A stretch of 64,000 nt of DNA from positions 2,592,001 to 2,656,000 of the forward strand of contig OZ255721.1 of NCBI GenBank assembly GCA_965277285.1, given 5' to 3'. The stretch is from Abditibacteriaceae bacterium. GTDB lineage: Bacteria; Armatimonadota; Abditibacteriia; Abditibacteriales; Abditibacteriaceae. A model generated the notes under the pieces. It searched no databases and had not been told where the DNA came from. It saw only the letters and a program-made list of their open reading frames with translations. The position numbers and the translations under genes were made by a program. Below, one piece after another: positions 58,358-64,000 of the stretch (within the stretch, counting starts at the first letter, position 1; each line of letters begins with the position of its first letter).

Positions 58358-59848
58358 ATGCGCCGTCTTTTTCTGAAAATTTTCCTCTGGTTTTGGGTGG
58401 TGCAAGTGCTCATCGGTGCCGTGATGTTTACGGTGACGACCGCGATGCGCTTTCAGCCGAGCCTTGAGCGCGAACATCCCGACACGGCGTTTGCCCTCGG
58501 CATTATGGCGCGCGACGCAGTAACCGCTTATGAACGCGGCGGCGCACTGGCTTTGCGCGCCAATCTCGACAACGTGAAAAATGAAGCGCATGTGAGCGCT
58601 TTTCTTTTCGATAATCAGGGACATGAACTTTCTGGCGCGCCCTCGCCGTTGATGGTGCGCGACGCGGCGCAACATTTTGTGAATCGAGGTACGACAAACG
58701 CGACATCTCAACTTTCGGCGTGGCGCGATGGGCCAGTCAGCACGCGCGTGGTTCAATCGCCCAAAGGCAACCAATTTTTGTTGGTCGCATTGCTCAACCG
58801 TCCGCCGCCGCGCGGTTTTTCTTCGGGTTTCATGGGCGACTTGATTCGTCCCAGCGGGCCGAGCGCGATTCGTTTGTTGGTTTTGCTGCTCACATCTGGC
58901 CTTTTGTGCTACGGACTGGCGCTTTATCTTACGTCGCCCGCCGTCAAATTGCGACGCGCGACGCATCAACTTGCCAGCGGCGATTTAACGACGCGCGTGG
59001 CCAACCAAATGGGACGAAGGCGCGACGAATTAGCCGATCTGGGACGGGATTTCGACCAGATGGCCGAACGCATTCAGTCTTTAATGCTGACCGAACGCCG
59101 TTTATTAGCCGATATTTCGCACGAATTGCGCTCGCCTCTGGCGCGTCTCACGGTCGCTCTCGATCTCATCGAAGACATTCACGACGAAAACGCACAAAAT
59201 CCAAATGCGCCGCTTTCGAGTACTCAATTGTCACCTGAAGAACAAAAAGACCACTCTGAAATCCGCAATTATCTGGCGCGCATCCGCCGCGAATCGGAGC
59301 GCTTGAACACTTTGATCGGCCAATTGTTAACGCTTTCGCGTTTGGAAAGCGGCAGCACGCGCGTTGAAGACACGCCGATTGATTTGGCGACTTTGCTGGA
59401 CGAAATCGTGCAGGACGCCAACTTCGAGGCGAAAAACCGCCAGCGCGAAGTTCAGATTACGCATTGCGAAGAGTTGACAACGCGCGGCGCTCCCGAACTT
59501 TTGCACAGCGCCATTGAAAACGTGGTTCGCAACGCCGTTCACTACACGCCCGAAAACTCGACGGTTGACGTTTCGTTGCAAAAAGACGGCGCTCAGGCGC
59601 TCATTCGAGTACTCGATAAAGGCGCTGGCGTGCCAGAAAGTGCGCTTGAAAACTTGTTTCGACCGTTCTATCGCGTGGCCGATGCACGAGATCGTCAAAG
59701 CGGTGGCACCGGTTTGGGATTGGCGATCACCGAACGCGCGATGCGTCTGCATGGAGGCAAAGTTCAAGCATCCAACGCGCCAAACGGCGGTCTGTTAGTC
59801 GAATTGCGCTTCCCGTTATCGGATGTCACAGGGCACGAAAAACGCTGA
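58358..59848 (+). CDS. HAMP sensor histidine kinase, CpxA-like
   Basis: LFLKIFLWFW, DISHELRSPLARL, SAIENVVRNA and FRPFYRVADARDRQSGGTGLGLAI motifs. Confidence 0.9.
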   Translation: MRRLFLKIFLWFWVVQVLIGAVMFTVTTAMRFQPSLEREHPDTAFALGIMARDAVTAYERGGALALRANLDNVKNEAHVSAFLFDNQGHELSGAPSPLMVRDAAQHFVNRGTTNATSQLSAWRDGPVSTRVVQSPKGNQFLLVALLNRPPPRGFSSGFMGDLIRPSGPSAIRLLVLLLTSGLLCYGLALYLTSPAVKLRRATHQLASGDLTTRVANQMGRRRDELADLGRDFDQMAERIQSLMLTERRLLADISHELRSPLARLTVALDLIEDIHDENAQNPNAPLSSTQLSPEEQKDHSEIRNYLARIRRESERLNTLIGQLLTLSRLESGSTRVEDTPIDLATLLDEIVQDANFEAKNRQREVQITHCEELTTRGAPELLHSAIENVVRNAVHYTPENSTVDVSLQKDGAQALIRVLDKGAGVPESALENLFRPFYRVADARDRQSGGTGLGLAITERAMRLHGGKVQASNAPNGGLLVELRFPLSDVTGHEKR

Positions 59849-59860
59849 TTTCGGCGCGTC

Positions 59861-60556
59861 ATGGCCTCTTTTACACATTTGCACGATTGGAAATTAACGC
59901 CGCGCGAAGCGGTCGTTTTGCAAAAGGAACTGCGCCAACGCGTTCTCGAAAGCGACCACAAAAATGTTTCGACGCGCCCAATCGAAACCGTGGCGGGCGC
60001 CGATATTTCCTTTAACAAATATTCGTCCACGATTTATGTTGCCGTTGTCGTGCTGCGCTTACCGAATTTGGAAACTGTCGAAGAAGCGACCGTGATCGGC
60101 GAAGCGCAGTTTCCGTATGTTCCAGGATTGCTGTCGTTCCGCGAATTGCCCGCGGTTTTGGAAGCGTGGCAGAAGTTGCAAATCGAACCCGATTGCGTAA
60201 TGTTCGACGGCCAAGGTTTGGCGCATCCGCGACGCATGGGAATCGCCTGTCACGCTGGTTTGTGGATGAATCGCCCGACTTTGGGTTGCGCTAAATCGGT
60301 TTTAGTTGGCGATTACGATGAACCGGCGCCTGAACGCGGCAGTTGGTCGCCGATGATTCACAAAGGCGACATCGTCGGTGCCGCATTGCGCACCAAAAAC
60401 CGCACGAAACCGATTTATGTGTCCGTCGGAACGCAAATTAGTCTGGCGGCTGCAATTGATCTCACATTGCGCTGTGATGGCGGTTATCGCCAGCCGGAAC
60501 CCACGCGCCGCGCGCATCTGCTGGTCAATAAATTGCGGCTTGAACACGGAAAGTAG
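59861..60556 (+). CDS. nfi: Endonuclease V
   Basis: VAGADISF, FPYVPGLLSFRE, DGQGLAHPRRMGIACH and RQPEPTRRAH motifs. Confidence 0.95.
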   Translation: MASFTHLHDWKLTPREAVVLQKELRQRVLESDHKNVSTRPIETVAGADISFNKYSSTIYVAVVVLRLPNLETVEEATVIGEAQFPYVPGLLSFRELPAVLEAWQKLQIEPDCVMFDGQGLAHPRRMGIACHAGLWMNRPTLGCAKSVLVGDYDEPAPERGSWSPMIHKGDIVGAALRTKNRTKPIYVSVGTQISLAAAIDLTLRCDGGYRQPEPTRRAHLLVNKLRLEHGK

Positions 60557-60630
60557 AACACAGATTTTTCACGACTTCTTGCAGAAGTTTTGAAACGTGC
60601 TCATACGTACATTTTTCTATGAGCTACAAG

Positions 60631-61326
60631 TCAAGTCGCAACAATCGGTGTAAACGAAGCACGCAATTCGCGCACGCTTTCTTCGAGCGTTATATCTTTG
60701 CGAAAAAGTGCCGAACCGATTACCAGAACATCGGCGCCAGCTTTTACCACATCGGGCGCGGTTTGAACCGAAACGCCGCCGTCCACTTGAATCAAAAAAT
60801 TCAAGCCGCGTTCGGCGCGCTGCGTCTTGAGCCAGGCGATTTTCGGCAGGCAAAGCGGCAGAAACTTTTGCCCGCCAAAGCCTGGGTTGACGCTCATCAC
60901 CAACACGTAATCGACATCCGGCAAAATCGCTTCGAGTACTCGAATCGGTGTCGCAGGATTGATGACGACTCCGGCTTGCGCGCCGCCATCCTTAATTTTA
61001 TGCAGCACGCGATGCAAATGCGCGTTCGCCTCGACGTGAACGCTGATCGAATTTGCGCCCGCCTGGACGAAATTGTCGATGTAATCGCCCGCGTCGCTCA
61101 TCATCAAATGCGCATCGAAGTGCAGTTGAGAATGAGGACGAACCGCCTGCAAAAACATCGGCCCCAATGTTAAGTTCGGGACGAAATGCGCGTCCATTGC
61201 ATCGAAATGGAGCCACTGGCAACCGGCGTTTTCCAGAGCGCGAACGTCGTCCGAAACGTTCCACCAATCGGCGGAAAGCATCGACGGCGCGATGATAATT
61301 TCACGAGAAGTATGAGAATCTGTCAT
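60631..61326 (-). CDS. rpe: Ribulose-phosphate 3-epimerase
   Basis: IAPSMLSAD, HFDAMDAHFVPNLT, MSVNPGFGGQKF and VDGG motifs. Confidence 0.95.
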   Translation of the reverse strand: MTDSHTSREIIIAPSMLSADWWNVSDDVRALENAGCQWLHFDAMDAHFVPNLTLGPMFLQAVRPHSQLHFDAHLMMSDAGDYIDNFVQAGANSISVHVEANAHLHRVLHKIKDGGAQAGVVINPATPIRVLEAILPDVDYVLVMSVNPGFGGQKFLPLCLPKIAWLKTQRAERGLNFLIQVDGGVSVQTAPDVVKAGADVLVIGSALFRKDITLEESVRELRASFTPIVAT

Positions 61327-61415
61327 GGTTCAAAAGCTGTGCTTAGAAGCTGTCGCTGTTAGAGTGTGTATTCAAAGTGTTGGAAAGTCGTAGAGCAGTT
61401 CTGCTTGGCAGTGAA

Positions 61416-61505
61416 AGTTTGTCATCCTGAGCGAAGTCGAAGGATCTTGTAAAAGTTTGCACAAACTCTTGTGAGATCCTTCGGCTTCGCTCAGGATGAC
61501 AAACT
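61416..61505. repeat. REP-like hairpin family A
   Basis: agtttgtcatcctgagcgaagtcgaaggatct...agatccttcggcttcgctcaggatgacaaact. Confidence 0.85.
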
Positions 61506-61543
61506 CCGGCGACACACGATTTTCGCACTTTGAAGACACACTC

Positions 61544-61918
61544 TTAGAAGCTGTCGCTGCGAGGACGAACGTCGTGTTCGTTAAGCGTTGGAACGGATTG
61601 AGTACTCGATGTGTTTTCCAGCGGCGCGGGCGGCACATTGGAGATCGGTGGCGGAATTGTTGTCGTTACAGGCGAAATTTGCTGTATTGAAGTGGCGCGT
61701 TCGAGGTTGCGTTGCGCTGCGACTTGCGTCGCCTGCAAGTTATTTTGAGATTGCGGCCAGCTTTCCAGCGCGTCAGCGACACGATGCACGCCATTAGCGA
61801 CGCGGCTCAGGCAATAGAGCGCGTAAATGCCGCCCATCAGCGACGCGAGAACGCCGATCAGTTTCAGGAACATCCAAAAACTGAGAAGCGCGCCCAAAGG
61901 ATTGCCGCCATCGCTCAT
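61544..61918 (-). CDS. Hypothetical membrane-anchored protein
   Basis: GGAG RBS, hydrophobic N-terminus, Pro/Thr tail. Confidence 0.6.
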   Translation of the reverse strand: MSDGGNPLGALLSFWMFLKLIGVLASLMGGIYALYCLSRVANGVHRVADALESWPQSQNNLQATQVAAQRNLERATSIQQISPVTTTIPPPISNVPPAPLENTSSTQSVPTLNEHDVRPRSDSF

Positions 61919-61980
61919 AAATTTCTCCACGAAGCACGTACGGGCGAGGCATGCCTCGCCCGTACAAGCCGCAATGTCTG

Positions 61981-63600
61981 TCACATCTTGGCGCCGCTCA
62001 TGCCCAAAGCGTGCAGCGCATTTTGCGCGACCACCAACGCGGCGCGCAAAACTTGCGGCGAAGCGGCGGGCGCGTTCGGGCGCGTCGCCCACAAAACAGC
62101 GCGCACGGCTTTGCTCAAGTCGGAAACAAAATTCGCCACGCGATGCGGCGCGCGTTCCAGAGCGGCGTTTTCCGCCGTGTCCGGCCACAAAGCGATCAAT
62201 CGCGCGACTTCGCGTTCTTCATCCGAAAACTCGCGTTTCGAGTACTCGATGTCGACATTTTGCGGATTGGATTCGCTTTGCGCAATCAAATTTTGCAATC
62301 GCGTCGGCAGAAGGCGCGCGGCATACGCGGGATTGGTTTCATCGTCACGGCGCGCGGTTTCATCGTCAATGGCGACGCGTTCGTCGGCATTATGACGCAG
62401 CAAAAAGAACTTCAAGGTATCGGCGTCAATTTCATCGAGCGCATCGTCCAATGTCCAGGCACCGCCATCTTTGCCGCGCGAAACAGGCCGGCCATCTTTC
62501 AGAAAACGCGCGCCTTCGCACGGCAAAACTTCCAATTTCCCGGCGTCGTAACCGGCAGCCGAAAGCGCGGCGCGCGTGCGTTCAACGTAAGGACGATGTT
62601 CGCCCGTCCAAATGTTGAGCAAGATTTCAAAACCACGCTCGTTCTTAAAAATATGGTAGGCGATGTCGGACGCCAGATAGGTCGGGCGACCGTTGGCGCG
62701 CACGAGTACGCGATCCGCTTCGTCGCCAAAGCGCGAGGTTTGCAGCCACTGCGCACAGTCACGTTCGTAAGTCAGACCGCGTTCGCGCAGGCGAGAAATC
62801 GCGCCTTCAATGCGACCTTCGCGCTTCAATGCGGCTTCCGAAGTCCACACATCGAAGCGCACGCCGAAGCGCTGCATGGCGTTTTTCTGCATTTGCACCG
62901 AGGTTTGCACAGCTTGGTGCGCGAAAAGCGCGGCGCGTTCTTCGTCCGGCATCAGCAGATGCGCGCTGCCATCGCGCCGCGCGATGGTTTCCGCCAGGTC
63001 GCGCACGAAACTGTCGTTCAAAACGCCTTCGGGCGCTTCGTGCGGCTGTCCCAATAGCGTCAGATAATGCGAGGCAACGCTTTCGCCCAAAAGTTTCATT
63101 TTGGCGGACGTTTCGTCGTCGTTGAGATACCATTCGCGCGTCACACTGGCGCCTTGCAACGTCAAAAGACGGCACAAAGAATCGCCCAATGCGGCGATGC
63201 GAGAAAGTCCAAAGGGCAGCGCACCGGACGGATCGGCGGACACGAATTCGACGACGATGCGCTTGTCTTGCAAAGCGTTTCCGGCGCCGAATCGTTCGCC
63301 TTGTTCGATGGCGTCAGCTATGGCCTGTCTTAAAGTTTCGTCGTTCATGCGAAAATTGAGAAATCCTTTGCGTTCTTCAATCGAAAGCCCATCTTTTGGC
63401 ACTTTGGCCAGCAAACTCGTGGCGACTTGCGACGGCGTTTGTTTCGTTCGCGCCGCTAAAATTAGCACGATGTTCGATGTCCAATCGCCGTGTTCTGAAC
63501 TTGGCGCCTGACGCACCCAGAATCGAGTACTCGAAACCTCTTCTGGCAACACTTTTTCCAATTGCGCGCGCAAAGTTTCGCGTGTGATGTTTTTGGGCAT
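61981..63600 (-). CDS. argS: Arginine--tRNA ligase-like protein with degenerate HIGH and KMSKS motifs
   Basis: HGDWTSN, GFLNF, VEFVSADP, REWYLND, FGDEADRVLVRANG.PTYLASDIAYH and a DALR-type C-terminus. HIGH reads PFGL. Confidence 0.8.
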   Translation of the reverse strand: MPKNITRETLRAQLEKVLPEEVSSTRFWVRQAPSSEHGDWTSNIVLILAARTKQTPSQVATSLLAKVPKDGLSIEERKGFLNFRMNDETLRQAIADAIEQGERFGAGNALQDKRIVVEFVSADPSGALPFGLSRIAALGDSLCRLLTLQGASVTREWYLNDDETSAKMKLLGESVASHYLTLLGQPHEAPEGVLNDSFVRDLAETIARRDGSAHLLMPDEERAALFAHQAVQTSVQMQKNAMQRFGVRFDVWTSEAALKREGRIEGAISRLRERGLTYERDCAQWLQTSRFGDEADRVLVRANGRPTYLASDIAYHIFKNERGFEILLNIWTGEHRPYVERTRAALSAAGYDAGKLEVLPCEGARFLKDGRPVSRGKDGGAWTLDDALDEIDADTLKFFLLRHNADERVAIDDETARRDDETNPAYAARLLPTRLQNLIAQSESNPQNVDIEYSKREFSDEEREVARLIALWPDTAENAALERAPHRVANFVSDLSKAVRAVLWATRPNAPAASPQVLRAALVVAQNALHALGMSGAKM

Positions 63601-63658
63601 TACTTCCCGTCAGATTATCAGCGACATTCATGGGCGGGCGTCATCACCATCAACCAAT

Positions 63659-64000
63659 TTACTTCAACCAGTGCAACAACGCCCAATTTTCTACCTGTGT
63701 CAAAACCCACAAAGTGGCAATCATGCCAATGGCGGAATAAGCGATGCCGGAATTGAGCATGCGACTGCCGAACGTTCCCACGTCGTGCGGGTTTTTCTGA
63801 TATTTCGCCAGCACTTCCTGTCCGGCGCGAATGCCGCTTTCCAATTGCTTGCGCGTCGCGGGCTTAGTCGTGAAATAAAGTTGCAACGCTTCACCGAAAC
63901 TGCGCCAGAAAAAGAAAACAAAGAGCAGCGCCAGCAAAAACGTTTCGGGATCGTTGTTCGGCAAGTGCTGAAAAATAATCACGATCAATCCGGCCAGCGC
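63659..64000 (-). CDS. Hypothetical membrane protein, probably 5' partial
   Basis: Hydrophobic segments; ORF lies at the window edge. Confidence 0.45.
   Translation of the reverse strand, partial: ALAGLIVIIFQHLPNNDPETFLLALLFVFFFWRSFGEALQLYFTTKPATRKQLESGIRAGQEVLAKYQKNPHDVGTFGSRMLNSGIAYSAIGMIATLWVLTQVENWALLHWLK

Larger units (their letters stand above)
723..63534. repeat. Dispersed 12-bp palindrome TCGAGTACTCGA, about 49 perfect copies
   Basis: Hand-located starts: 723,1923,2287,2817,3902,4251,5000,6213,7060,9069,9958,10423,12454,12759,12898,13819,14663,15979,17241,18652,19313,19640,20190,20972,21679,23545,25547,26077,26535,32416,34635,36026,40715,42895,43801,47253,48385,51384,52684,52975,53746,54232,56006,56398,58116,59605,60932,62238,63523. 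Confidence 0.98.

Noticed and set aside
59861..60556. nfi or alkA as the enzyme generating the palindrome
   Set aside because: Both look like ordinary repair genes, and nothing in the window ties them to the motif.
723..63534. Palindrome as a cloning, linker or assembly artefact
   Set aside because: Genes containing it stay in frame with family motifs intact on both sides, and degenerate copies exist, which fits evolved sequence rather than ligation junctions. Raw reads would settle it.
723..63534. CRISPR array or integron attC array
   Set aside because: Repeats are only 12 bp, irregularly spaced and often inside core genes; no cas or integrase gene is present.
723..63534. Palindrome as an ordinary transcription-factor operator
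   Set aside because: Density is far too high, and copies occur mid-gene and between convergent genes where there is no promoter.

Overview
A 64 kb bacterial chromosomal window, mostly GC-rich. DUF1559-type prepilin paralogues and the gene complement suggest an Abditibacteriota/Armatimonadota-like organism (inference only). It encodes about 50 proteins. These include an ATP-grasp/alpha-E/transglutaminase/Anbu cluster, GH127, a rhomboid-TPR protein, mgsA, alkA, pepF, folC, a giant peptidase-like/FtsX permease with an OPT-like partner, pyrKD, nrdR, parAB with two perfect parS sites, glgC, galT, PBP1A, proS, uppP, a Cpx-like two-component system, nfi, rpe and a motif-degenerate argS. No rRNA, tRNA, CRISPR array or transposase was seen. 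The dominant unexplained signal is the 12-bp palindrome TCGAGTACTCGA. By hand count it occurs about 49 times perfectly plus about 20 near-matches, where roughly 0.004 perfect copies are expected by chance. It sits once in many intergenic spacers and in all three frames inside intact genes, seeds longer hairpins, and is scarce around parS. It resembles the cyanobacterial HIP1 phenomenon but has a different sequence. Four families of REP-like hairpins are also present.
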